Origin: a bacterium
GTDB lineage: Bacteria > Bacillota_I > Bacilli_A > Izemoplasmatales > UBA1188
Direction of reading: 5' to 3'
DNA length: 64,000 bases
Assembly: GCA_017541975.1 (NCBI GenBank)
Contig: JAFXYB010000021.1
Span: forward strand, 197-64,196
Shown: positions 53,699 to 62,837 of the stretch, piece after piece
Layout of the letters: the number at the start of each line of letters is the position of its first letter
Position numbering within the stretch: position 1 is the stretch's first letter
The notes under the pieces: model-generated
What the model saw: only the letters and a program-made list of their open reading frames with translations
Told to the model about the DNA's origin: nothing
Database searches by the model: none
Program-made: the position numbers and the translations under genes

Positions 53699-54688
53699 TT
53701 AATCTTTAACCTCGGTAAAATAAAAATCAATTGCGAGATTATCTAGGCTTGTTTGATCAATATAGAATTCTACATATTCTTTTGAGTAATCAGCTTCTCC
53801 AAGAGGAGTATCCATAGATTTCATTGTGAAATCATCGATATCATCAAATAATGAAGCAATTACATTGGCAGGACAATCTGTGAATACTACACTTTCTTCA
53901 TATGAATCTTTGTGGATTCTCTTATATAATGCTGTGTAATCTACATCGCGATTTTCTTCTTCTGTTTTTTGAATATAATTTAAGAATGAGTTCATATAGA
54001 GTTTTTGTCTACTCATTCTTGAAATGTTTGTACCATCTTCAGCATTGAGTCTAGCTCTAACAAAATCCATTGATGCATCACCATCTAAATATAATGTATT
54101 ACCTTCAGTATATGCTGGATTGATATCTGTATAATCTTTATCAAAGGTCACAGGAATACCTGTTTCATTAGAAATAAAATTAACTACTTCTTTAATTGCA
54201 TCCATTGTAAAGGAGATATAGTAATCGATTTCGAGATTATATAATAGTTTTGATACACAACGTCTTGCGTTTTCACAAGAATCTTCAAGTCCAGTACCCC
54301 ATGTATGAGCAAGAGCTATTTGAGCAATGACGAAATCATTAGTTCTTACACTCTTAAGTCCTAATTTTTCAATAGAAACCATTGAGTCTCTATTGAATTG
54401 AAGAACAGTATATTCTCTTTTTTGATAATCAAATGAAAGCACAGCAACAAAATCGCATTGTTGATCATTAACATACGAATCTGTCTTAGTGATATATCCT
54501 TCTTTGTCTAAACCCATAAGCAAGAAGGTTGTGAGGGTTTTTTGTCTGTATTTCTTACCAGCAATTTCAGCAGAAAAGTATTTCTTTTGTTTAGCTTTTT
54601 CACTATTATCTAAGACGATACCTGCGGTGATAACACCAGCGAATGCTAGAATAAGAACTACAAGAAGCACGATGTGTATCTTTTTCAT
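53699..54688 (-). CDS. LytR-CpsA-Psr (LCP) family cell-wall glycopolymer ligase
   Basis: 329 aa. N-terminal TM anchor, then TFLLMGLDK...DFVAVLSFD...VLQFNRDSMV typical of the LCP core. Confidence 0.8.
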   Translation of the reverse strand: MKKIHIVLLVVLILAFAGVITAGIVLDNSEKAKQKKYFSAEIAGKKYRQKTLTTFLLMGLDKEGYITKTDSYVNDQQCDFVAVLSFDYQKREYTVLQFNRDSMVSIEKLGLKSVRTNDFVIAQIALAHTWGTGLEDSCENARRCVSKLLYNLEIDYYISFTMDAIKEVVNFISNETGIPVTFDKDYTDINPAYTEGNTLYLDGDASMDFVRARLNAEDGTNISRMSRQKLYMNSFLNYIQKTEEENRDVDYTALYKRIHKDSYEESVVFTDCPANVIASLFDDIDDFTMKSMDTPLGEADYSKEYVEFYIDQTSLDNLAIDFYFTEVKD

Positions 54689-54724
54689 ATTGTTTCCTCG
54701 AAATAGAACTATGGAGATATTGTT

Positions 54725-55441
54725 CTATTTATTTTTGCGATTTTTCTTTGATGTAAATATTAGGACAACTCCTAGAATTAATAAACCTGCAGAAACACCA
54801 ATTAAAACATATGTGAAAACGTTTGGAGCTGGAGCTTCTACTTGAACATCTGGATTAACAGTGAGGAAAGCAACTGGACAAAGGTTTGAAAATGATACTG
54901 CAAGTTTGCTATTTTCAACCTTTACATCTTCTTTTGGAACAACTAACCATTTGTTTGTGGTTGTATTTTTATGAATGACAGTGTATTTTCCTTCAGTAGC
55001 TTCTAAATCGAAAACAAATTTAACTTTGTTGTCGCCAGTTAGAACACCACTTTCAACTGATAATTCAAAAATTTGAACCGGAACGAATACTTGAGATGTA
55101 TAACTCTTATCAATCTCTTTAGCAAGTTTTGTGAGTTCACTATCGAGTGATGAATCAATCTTTTTATAATCTATTGCTTCGCTCTTTTTGATTTTTGTTG
55201 TTTCGAGTTCGTTTTTTGCGTTTATTAAATATGTAGCTACTTGATCATTCTGTTTTTCTTTAGCTTCTTCGAAAGACATAATGGTGTATTCTACAGCTTC
55301 GCCATCTACAGTCGCAGAACTAACCTCAGGTGTAGAGCTTGATTCTACGCTTCTGTTTTCAGATGCTTTTGCGTTTGACGCAAAACCAATAAGAAAAAGT
55401 GATACAAATACAGATAATAAAATTGATAATAACTTTTTCAT
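54725..55441 (-). CDS. Secreted protein with C-terminal TM anchor, function unknown
   Basis: 238 aa. Signal peptide (...ASNAKA/SE), beta-rich middle, C-terminal helix VLIGVSAGLLILGVVLIF plus KKNRKNK. No LPXTG. Confidence 0.55.
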   Translation of the reverse strand: MKKLLSILLSVFVSLFLIGFASNAKASENRSVESSSTPEVSSATVDGEAVEYTIMSFEEAKEKQNDQVATYLINAKNELETTKIKKSEAIDYKKIDSSLDSELTKLAKEIDKSYTSQVFVPVQIFELSVESGVLTGDNKVKFVFDLEATEGKYTVIHKNTTTNKWLVVPKEDVKVENSKLAVSFSNLCPVAFLTVNPDVQVEAPAPNVFTYVLIGVSAGLLILGVVLIFTSKKNRKNK

Positions 55442-55528
55442 TACTGAGCCCTCCTTTTTAAAAAGATATTTGAAATTATATCACGGATATAATTATTCTT
55501 CAACACTATTCTTTTTAATGTTGAATTA

Positions 55529-56251
55529 TTAAAAATTTAGTTCTCTAAAGACTTTTGCAATATCATCGTTTATTACTAGTGTTGCATCATCGTCTTTAGA
55601 TGTGTTTGATTTATTGATGATTATGAGATTTTTTCCTCTAAAGAAATCTACATAATATGCTGCAGGATACACAACAAGGCTAGTACCACCTATTATTAAT
55701 GTATCAGCCTTTGTGATGTGAGATAATGCTTCTGAAACCACACTATCGTTTAAAGGTTCTTCGTATAATACAACATCTGGTTTGATGGTTCCACCACATT
55801 CACAAGTTGGAACTCCCTTACTATTTAGTATATAGTCAAGAGAATAAAACTTGTGGCATTTCATGCAATGGTTTTCAGTTACAGAACCGTGTAACTTATA
55901 TACTTTTTTAGAACCAGCTTTTTCATGAAGATCATCAATGTTTTGCGTGACAACTGCCTTCAAAATTCCCATTTGTTCTAGTTTGGCAAGAGTCTTATGG
56001 CAGTCATTTGGTTCGGCATTTGGGAAACATAGTTTTTCTTTATAGACATTATAAAAAATATCTGGGTGAGAAACAAAGAATGAATGAGAAATGATAGCTT
56101 CGATTGGAATAGTTCCGTATTTCTCATTATAGATTCCTTTTGATCCTCTAAAGTCTGGAATATTAGATGCAGTAGATACGCCTGCACCACCAAAAAATAC
56201 TAGGTATTTAGATTCTTGGATTATTTTTCTCAGGATATCTACATCGCTCAT
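55529..56251 (-). CDS. cobB: NAD-dependent protein deacylase (Sir2 family)
   Basis: 240 aa with GAGVSTASNIPDFRG, TQNIDDLH, catalytic H in LHGS and Zn motif CMKC...CECGG. Confidence 0.85.
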   Translation of the reverse strand: MSDVDILRKIIQESKYLVFFGGAGVSTASNIPDFRGSKGIYNEKYGTIPIEAIISHSFFVSHPDIFYNVYKEKLCFPNAEPNDCHKTLAKLEQMGILKAVVTQNIDDLHEKAGSKKVYKLHGSVTENHCMKCHKFYSLDYILNSKGVPTCECGGTIKPDVVLYEEPLNDSVVSEALSHITKADTLIIGGTSLVVYPAAYYVDFFRGKNLIIINKSNTSKDDDATLVINDDIAKVFRELNF

Positions 56252-56252
56252 A

Positions 56253-57623
56253 TTATTCCTCCTCTTTGTTTTCTATAGTTTCAACAAGTAATTCAACAGC
56301 AATTATTCTATTGTTTTCAATTTCTTTAACTTTGAATGTTAGTTGTTTATATTCGATACCTTCTTCTTCTGAAAGTTCGTCATATAAAACTTTAGAAACG
56401 ACTTTAACACTAACAACGTCATTTACTACTGGTACTCTTTCGAGCATATCTTGAATGAGGCCACCAACAGTGGTTGCTTCATATTCGCTTTCATCTTCAA
56501 AATGGAAATAACTGAAGAGATTTTCTATCTCTAAATCTCCATTAACAAGATATTTGTCTTTGCCAATTCTATTGATTGTGAATGGTACTTCGTCGTGTTC
56601 ATCGAAGATTTCACCAACTAATTCTTCTAAGCAGTCTTCCATAGTTACAACGCCATCGAATCCACCATATTCATCTAGCACAACAGCTAAATGAACGTTT
56701 TTCAGTTTTAATAATGATAATAATTTATCAGCACTCATTGATCCAACAACAAATAATGGTTTTTGAAGTATTGGTCTAATGTCTTTGATTTTTCTATCTT
56801 CGATATATGCTTTAAAGAATTCCTTTTCAAATAGGATACCAATGATATGATCGATTGTTCCATCATAAACAGGTACACGAGAGAATTGATTCTCGAAGAA
56901 ACATTCTTTTATTTCTTCTATAGATGATTCTATGTCTAAACATACGCAGTCTACTCTTGGTGTCATAATGTTTTTAACATCAATTTCACCAAGATCAAGA
57001 ACTTTTTGAAGCATATCAGCTTCATCAGTATCTATCTTACCGCTATCCTCCATAGTATCTATAATATTTTCTAAATCATCTGGAGAGATAGCTGGATCAG
57101 CATCATTCTTTTCAAGAGCAAGTTTATTTACTTTATAGAATGGATAAGATATAGGTCCTAAAATCTTTACAACAACATACAAGATGCCAGATAGTCTTAG
57201 GGCATTTTTCTCTGGGTTGGCTTTGCCTCTACTTTTTGGCATTACCTCTCCAAAGAGTAAAACAAGGATAGTTATTACTACAGTATTTACAACATCTATC
57301 CAAGATGCATCAGTTTCAAAAAGACCTAAGAATAGTCTTAAGCCGAGTGTTGATATTGCAATATTTACGAGATTATTTCCTACCAAAATAACTGATAGGA
57401 CTCTATCATAATTTTCAGATAGCCATAGAGCTTTACGAGCTCCTTTCTGATTTTCATCTACAAGTGTCATGAGTTTTGCCTTTGAGGCACATGAAAATAC
57501 TGTTTCACACTTAGAGAAAAATGCAGAAAAGACAAGCAAAATAATTATTATAACTGAGTAGATTAATGTACTAATCCAATCAAAATTTTCAGCGTAGATT
57601 ATACTACTAAAATACGGGTCCAT
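56253..57623 (-). CDS. CNNM/CorC-HlyC family transporter-like protein (DUF21-CBS-CorC)
   Basis: 456 aa. Four N-terminal TM helices (DUF21), a CBS pair (IMTPR...), and a C-terminal CorC_HlyC domain. Confidence 0.8.
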   Translation of the reverse strand: MDPYFSSIIYAENFDWISTLIYSVIIIILLVFSAFFSKCETVFSCASKAKLMTLVDENQKGARKALWLSENYDRVLSVILVGNNLVNIAISTLGLRLFLGLFETDASWIDVVNTVVITILVLLFGEVMPKSRGKANPEKNALRLSGILYVVVKILGPISYPFYKVNKLALEKNDADPAISPDDLENIIDTMEDSGKIDTDEADMLQKVLDLGEIDVKNIMTPRVDCVCLDIESSIEEIKECFFENQFSRVPVYDGTIDHIIGILFEKEFFKAYIEDRKIKDIRPILQKPLFVVGSMSADKLLSLLKLKNVHLAVVLDEYGGFDGVVTMEDCLEELVGEIFDEHDEVPFTINRIGKDKYLVNGDLEIENLFSYFHFEDESEYEATTVGGLIQDMLERVPVVNDVVSVKVVSKVLYDELSEEEGIEYKQLTFKVKEIENNRIIAVELLVETIENKEEE

Positions 57624-57634
57624 TTTATTATTAT

Positions 57635-58198
57635 TTATTCCTTATACCTTGTATCATATTTTCCTGTCACTGTGTTCACGACAATCTTATCTCCATTGTT
57701 TATGAACATAGGGACTCTAATTTCAATTCCAGTTTCTAGAATTGCTGATTTCATTGTGTTTGTAGCACTGTTTCCTTTTTCTCCTGGAGGTGTATCCACA
57801 ACTTCTAGAACCATTTTATCAGGTAAAATTATACCTAAAACTTCTTCTCCATAGAATCTTACTTGAGCATTCTTTTCAACAGTCAAGTATTGGAGTTCAT
57901 CTCTGATTGTGTCTTTAGGGATTTCAATTTGTTCATATGTCTCATTATCCATAAAAACAGCTTTGTCTTCATTATCATAGATGTATTGCATTTCAACTTT
58001 CTTTATTTCTGCAGTCTCAATCTTGATACCTGCATTAAATGTGTAAGCAATATTGGCACCTGTACGAAGATTTTTTAGTTTTGTCTGAACAAATGCGCCA
58101 CCCTTTCCTGGTTTAACGTGTTGAAATTCTAACACTTCGTAGATATTTCCTTCCCATTCAATTGTTATACCAGTTTTAAAATCATTTGAGTTAATCAT
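57635..58198 (-). CDS. efp: Translation elongation factor P
   Basis: 187 aa. FKTGITIEWEGNIYEVLEFQHVKPGKGGAFVQTKLKNLRTG with the conserved modified Lys loop. Confidence 0.95.
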   Translation of the reverse strand: MINSNDFKTGITIEWEGNIYEVLEFQHVKPGKGGAFVQTKLKNLRTGANIAYTFNAGIKIETAEIKKVEMQYIYDNEDKAVFMDNETYEQIEIPKDTIRDELQYLTVEKNAQVRFYGEEVLGIILPDKMVLEVVDTPPGEKGNSATNTMKSAILETGIEIRVPMFINNGDKIVVNTVTGKYDTRYKE

Positions 58199-58397
58199 AA
58201 GAATCCTCCTAATATCTGATTAAAATTATACAAAAAATTGTGTTTTTTGTCTATGGTTATGTAAGTCTTATGACTTACTTAAAGCAAAATAAATCATATT
58301 AGATACACATTTAAAGCAAAAAAATAGCTTAAAAAATTATAATTAATGAAAAAAAGTAAAAATAGTATATAATAATTTGAAAATGGAAGGTGAAATT

Positions 58398-58802
58398 ATG
58401 TTCTTCGCAGAAACTGGTGGATTTGATTTTACATATGTCTTTATTGCAATCGTACTCGGCTTACTTATCGGTATGATTTTTTCAAAAAATAAAGTTGATA
58501 AAGATAAATATCAATCGCTCAATTATAAAGATTTTATGGATATGAAAAGAAAGGGAACTTTAATTGATATTAGAAAAAAAGATCTCTTTGAAGAATCTAA
58601 AATCGTTGGAGCTAAAAATTATCCAGGAAAAAGTGGTGCGAAAGCAAGTGTTAGAAGAGATATTCCAATTTTCATCTACGACCAAGATGGTAGAAAAGCT
58701 GAAGGCGCTGCCAAAGCATATGTTAGAAGTGGTGCTGTAATGGTTTACTACCTAAAAGGTGGCTATAAAGAATATTTGAATGAAAAAGAAGGAAAAATGT
58801 GA
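58398..58802 (+). CDS. Membrane-anchored rhodanese-like domain protein lacking the catalytic Cys
   Basis: Start trimmed to MFFAE behind GGAAGGTGA. One TM helix, then the rhodanese fold (LIDIRKKDLFEE..I.GAKN). The active-site loop reads IYDQDGRKA, with Asp where Cys is expected. Confidence 0.6.
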   Translation: MFFAETGGFDFTYVFIAIVLGLLIGMIFSKNKVDKDKYQSLNYKDFMDMKRKGTLIDIRKKDLFEESKIVGAKNYPGKSGAKASVRRDIPIFIYDQDGRKAEGAAKAYVRSGAVMVYYLKGGYKEYLNEKEGKM

Positions 58803-58830
58803 ATTTAAATTCACATTTTTAAATTAAGAT

Positions 58831-59613
58831 ATGAGAGAAAACAAATGGTTTAAATTTGGAAAATTATTATATCTATTAATGTTTCTATCTTTAGAATCAT
58901 TTGTTTATGCAATTTTTATACTGGAGGATTTTGATTTCAATGTAGATGTTGATTCAGATTTATATAAATATGAATCAATGATTTTGCTTCTTATCTTCTA
59001 CTTTTTTGGTTTCTTATTAAATCTTTTGATTGAAAAAATTGATAAAGACCATGTGAAAGAAATTAGATATGATATGATAATTGTTGGATGCGCATTAATC
59101 TTTACGTTTTTATCTGATACATTCCTTTTATACCTTAATAAATATTATGAAATTGGTGTATCGTCATTCATTGTTGTACAAGTACTATATTTCATTAGGA
59201 TGGCATATGGTCTTAAATTTTCAAATAAAAGGTTGTATACATCAATCTTTATTAGAGTTGGACTCTCCTTTTTAGCAATTATAGGTCTTGTGATTGCCGA
59301 TAGCTTTTCATTCCTATATTCGATAACTGGTATCTATTTTATTAACATAGTAATGAATTTTATTGACTCTTTAATATCAACCATTAATTTACGTGGAGAT
59401 AAAAGATTTATAACATCATTTATCTTTACTATAGGATTAATTCTCTTCATTGGATGTGATATATTTGTAGGCATATCTAATATATCACCATTTGGCGGTG
59501 AAATAATTTGGATTTTTTATCTTCCGTCGCAAATACTTATTGCCTTATCAGCAAGTAGACTTTATGGTTTTACACTTGGAAAGGATGTGAACACTTATGA
59601 ACAAAGAAGCTAG
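58831..59613 (+). CDS. Polytopic membrane protein, YhhN (lysoplasmalogenase)-like (tentative)
   Basis: 260 aa, about 8 TM helices. FLSDTFLL and GCDIFVG loosely match the two YhhN acidic motifs. Confidence 0.45.
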   Translation: MRENKWFKFGKLLYLLMFLSLESFVYAIFILEDFDFNVDVDSDLYKYESMILLLIFYFFGFLLNLLIEKIDKDHVKEIRYDMIIVGCALIFTFLSDTFLLYLNKYYEIGVSSFIVVQVLYFIRMAYGLKFSNKRLYTSIFIRVGLSFLAIIGLVIADSFSFLYSITGIYFINIVMNFIDSLISTINLRGDKRFITSFIFTIGLILFIGCDIFVGISNISPFGGEIIWIFYLPSQILIALSASRLYGFTLGKDVNTYEQRS

Positions 59614-60286
59614 ATTAATTGATAAAATAATGACTATCGTATTTATAGTTGTCTTGGTACTATTTATTCTTTCATGTTCAATATTCATGCCTCTTATGAA
59701 TAGAAGATTCTATTATGATCAGATAGATGGGCTTAATATTGTAGAAGTATTAAATAATTATACACATGAAGATTACAACAAGGAAGATGTAATCGAAGCC
59801 TTTGATGATGTAATGGATTTCATTTGGAAAGGTAGCGAATTTAAGACAGGTAAGCTTAAATTCTCAGAAAGTGGGAAAAGCCATTTTGAAGATTGTGTTC
59901 CTCTATTTTGGTTAGACTTTATCGTATTCATCATAACAAGCATACTTATGGTGGCATTCTTAATACTCCACATCACAAAAACAATAAGGATACAAGATAT
60001 TAGGGGTATGTCTCCACTATTTTATGGAGGAATCATCACAATCGGGCTTGTGATAATCCTTGGTATATTTGGAGTTGTTAGTTTTGATTTGCTATTTGAA
60101 TACTTCCATAAAGTATTCTTCCCCGGAAAGGATAACTGGGTATTTGATCCTAGATATGATGAAGTGATACTTATACTCCCTGAAAAGTTTTTTATGAGAT
60201 GTGCAATATTGATAGGTTCTACATTATTTGTGCTATCTGGCGTTGCCATCACATATGGAATAATAAAAAAGAAAAAACTGGCTTAG
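59597..60286 (+). CDS. TIGR01906/DUF1461 integral membrane protein (family of lipoprotein intramolecular transacylase Lit)
   Basis: 229 aa, 4 TM helices. SHFEDCVPLFWL and FEYFHKVFFPGKDNWVFDPRYDEVILILPEKFF match the family signature as I recall it. Overlaps the upstream gene by 17 nt. Confidence 0.6.
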   Translation: MNKEARLIDKIMTIVFIVVLVLFILSCSIFMPLMNRRFYYDQIDGLNIVEVLNNYTHEDYNKEDVIEAFDDVMDFIWKGSEFKTGKLKFSESGKSHFEDCVPLFWLDFIVFIITSILMVAFLILHITKTIRIQDIRGMSPLFYGGIITIGLVIILGIFGVVSFDLLFEYFHKVFFPGKDNWVFDPRYDEVILILPEKFFMRCAILIGSTLFVLSGVAITYGIIKKKKLA

Positions 60287-60297
60287 GCCAGTTTTAT
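60272..60297. terminator. Bidirectional hairpin spanning the Lit-like and miaA stop codons
   Basis: aaaaaactggc-ttag-gccagtttta. The TAG stop of the plus-strand gene sits in the loop. Confidence 0.6.
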
Positions 60298-61160
60298 TTT
60301 ATAAAGTTATCGATTAGTGCTTTTGCCTTTAAGAAGGCATTATCTTTATCTATATCTATCCAATTTGTATGAACTTGATTATTGAACCATGTGTATTGTC
60401 TTTTCGCAAAATTTCTCGAATGTTGTTTGATTAAAGATATAGCTTCTTCTAATGTACATTTACCATCATAATAATCATATAATTCTTTGTAACCTATCGA
60501 CTGAACTGATTTTGATTGAATATTTGAATCATATAGTGCCTTTACTTCATCTAATAGGCCTTCTTCAATCATCTTATCTACACGACTATTGATTTTTTCA
60601 TATAGCTTTTGTCTGTCACAAGTTAAACCGATGAAAAGATAATCATATAAAGGAATATCTTTATTTAATGGTTCTTCTTTTGATTCTAATATTTCTATAT
60701 GCCTGAGTAATCTTATTCTATTATGAACATCTGGAATATGAGAATCTTTGAGTTCTATTAATCTATCATAGATTTCTTCATTTGTTAGATTGCTGTATCT
60801 ATCTGTCCTTTTTTCATTAGTAAATTCATAATCAAAAAGAGCGGCCTTAATATAATAGCCTGTACCACCACAAATAATTGGTAATTTACCTTCGTTTGAT
60901 ATTTCATCAATTATTCTTCTTGCATGTTTTTGGAAATCACTAACACTATAATCATCGGTTGGGTTTAATATATCAATCAAATAATGTTTAACACCATTCA
61001 TTTCTTCTTTCTTAATTTTTCCAGATCCAATGTTTAAAGAGCGGTAAACTTGAACAGAGTCACCGCTAATTATGGAAGTGTTATAATGTTTTGCGAGTTT
61101 GATTGATAAATCAGTTTTACCAACACCAGTTGGTCCAACAATAACTATTACTTTATTCAT
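60294..61160 (-). CDS. miaA: tRNA dimethylallyltransferase
   Basis: 288 aa with IVGPTGVGKT P-loop, GGTGYY and QYTWF motifs. Confidence 0.9.
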   Translation of the reverse strand: MNKVIVIVGPTGVGKTDLSIKLAKHYNTSIISGDSVQVYRSLNIGSGKIKKEEMNGVKHYLIDILNPTDDYSVSDFQKHARRIIDEISNEGKLPIICGGTGYYIKAALFDYEFTNEKRTDRYSNLTNEEIYDRLIELKDSHIPDVHNRIRLLRHIEILESKEEPLNKDIPLYDYLFIGLTCDRQKLYEKINSRVDKMIEEGLLDEVKALYDSNIQSKSVQSIGYKELYDYYDGKCTLEEAISLIKQHSRNFAKRQYTWFNNQVHTNWIDIDKDNAFLKAKALIDNFIK

Positions 61161-61175
61161 ATATTTTAATTTAAA

Positions 61176-61193
61176 GGGCTACATAGGTAGCCC
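61176..61193 (-). terminator. Hairpin after the tail-anchored protein gene
   Basis: gggctac-atag-gtagccc, followed on the minus strand by UUUAAAUU. Confidence 0.45.
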
Positions 61194-61202
61194 AATTATT
61201 TT

Positions 61203-62504
61203 TTATTTAGAGTAATACATAATTGCGAAATATGCAAGAGCGATACATAAAACTACAATTACTATAATTAAAATCCATTTAAAGAGAGAATCTCTATTTA
61301 ATTTCTTTGAATAATATTTTTTGATGATGTCTCTTATTTCTTCATCAACAGTTTGATCATAATATAGATCAGGGGCAATCAAATCTTCTTCCTCTGGAGT
61401 TTCTTGAGGAGTTTCTTGAACTTCCTCTAGAGTTTCTTTCTCTTTTGGTTCTTCTTCGGCAGGAGTTTCTTCAGTTTGTTCCTCAGCGGCTTCCTCTTCA
61501 GCTGGTTCTTCTGCTGGCGCTTCTTGAACAGGCTGTTCTTCCTCTGGAGCTTTTTCCTCAGGTTGAGTCTCCTCAGGTTGTTCCTCTTCATGTTGAGTTT
61601 CTTCTACTGGTTCTTCAGCATCAACGAGAATTGATGATGTTGGAATGCCTTGATCAGTATGCTCAATTTTATTTTGCTCAATAACATCACTTGTCTTTTC
61701 TTCATCAGATAAGATGTCATAGTTGTAGAGATCTTTTTCTACATCTTCATTATATTTGTTCAATTGATAGATTAAATATTCAACCATATCAGATTTCTTA
61801 AGTTCTGAAGAAACTCTAAATCCTTTTTTCTTTGAATATTGAATCAAATCAATAATTGCTTTAGAGCTAATTTCATTTCTTTCTTCTTCTGTAAGCATAA
61901 ATCTTGCAGAAATTAAATCAAGGAGTTGTTGTTTGTTTATTCTTTTTGGAATATCAACTCCATATTTTAATCCTAAATCTTTTAGTTGAGGAACATTATA
62001 AGTTTCTACAATTGATTCTTTAAAGATTGAAAGAGAAAGACCATCTAAATAACCTTTTGGAGTATAAAAAATAGAATCAAAGTTTTTAAGACAGTCGGCA
62101 AAAGATTCATTTGAATCACTTGGATTTTCTAGAACTTTTTCTAGTGCTCCATCAAAAGCGATTGAACTCTTGAATTTCTTTTGATTCTTGAAGAAGAACC
62201 TCATAAATAGATTCTTATAATCCTTTGGATCAACTATGATATTGTTTTCTTCAAGTGTCTTTCTTACAAGGTGAATTGAAAAGAATTGGAATGAACGAAG
62301 TTTATAAGAAAATTCATCGGTATATGTCGATAAATAAACTGGATCAAAGAAGTATTTTTTTGTGGTATTGATAAGTAAAAATCTATTCACGAAATCAGGA
62401 AAATAGATATGATTATCTTTAAATATTTGAACTAAATCTTCGCTTTTAACGGCTTCGTATTTCTTAGCTTCGGCCTTAATCTCATCAAAGTTTTGAAATT
62501 CCAT
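61203..62504 (-). CDS. Tail-anchored protein with two Rho_N/SAP-like helix motifs and an acidic Pro/Glu-rich linker; function unknown
   Basis: Start trimmed to MEFQNF behind AGAGGTGA. LKDLGLKYGVDIPKRINKQQLLDLI and IDLIQYSKKKGFRVSSELKKSDMVEYLI resemble Rho-N/SAP-type motifs. PEE/EEQ-rich stretch and a single C-terminal TM helix. Confidence 0.6.
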   Translation of the reverse strand: MEFQNFDEIKAEAKKYEAVKSEDLVQIFKDNHIYFPDFVNRFLLINTTKKYFFDPVYLSTYTDEFSYKLRSFQFFSIHLVRKTLEENNIIVDPKDYKNLFMRFFFKNQKKFKSSIAFDGALEKVLENPSDSNESFADCLKNFDSIFYTPKGYLDGLSLSIFKESIVETYNVPQLKDLGLKYGVDIPKRINKQQLLDLISARFMLTEEERNEISSKAIIDLIQYSKKKGFRVSSELKKSDMVEYLIYQLNKYNEDVEKDLYNYDILSDEEKTSDVIEQNKIEHTDQGIPTSSILVDAEEPVEETQHEEEQPEETQPEEKAPEEEQPVQEAPAEEPAEEEAAEEQTEETPAEEEPKEKETLEEVQETPQETPEEEDLIAPDLYYDQTVDEEIRDIIKKYYSKKLNRDSLFKWILIIVIVVLCIALAYFAIMYYSK

Positions 62505-62561
62505 ATTTGTCACCTCTATATTTAATTTTATAATAATAGGGGAAATAAATCAACAATTAAT

Positions 62562-62593
62562 AAAAAAATCGCTAAATTATGCGATTTTTTTTT
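62562..62593 (-). terminator. Intrinsic terminator after the small coiled-coil gene
   Basis: aaaaaaatcgc-taaattat-gcgattttttttt directly after the stop at 62595. Confidence 0.65.
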
Positions 62594-62594
62594 G

Positions 62595-62837
62595 TTACAA
62601 ACTCAACTCTTTTTTGAATATTTTATTGATTTCGTTTGATAGTTCATTTACTTCTTCTAAAGTGTTTTTGAAGTCCTCAATTGAGATATCACTGACGTTT
62701 TGTTTTATTTCTTCAAGAGAATTATACTTATCTATTAGTTCAGATGAGAGGTTATTTAGTTGCACTACTGAAACGTGTTTTTTGATTTCATTAGTTAATT
62801 TTTCTGTACTGATATTAGCTATTCTTAATTCTTCCAT
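62595..62837 (-). CDS. Small coiled-coil protein, function unknown
   Basis: 80 aa from MEELRIANIS. GGAG lies 5 nt upstream of the ATG, and the start lies inside the last 23 nt of miaB. Heptad-like, no Cys. Confidence 0.45.
   Translation of the reverse strand: MEELRIANISTEKLTNEIKKHVSVVQLNNLSSELIDKYNSLEEIKQNVSDISIEDFKNTLEEVNELSNEINKIFKKELSL

Noticed and set aside
58220-58340. Hairpin gtaagtc-ttat-gacttac and duplicated ttaaagcaaaa in the efp/rhodanese intergenic region, considered as a possible sRNA or riboswitch
   Set aside because: The stem is short, there is no flanking U-run or recognisable conserved motif, and the pattern is consistent with ordinary AT-rich promoter DNA.
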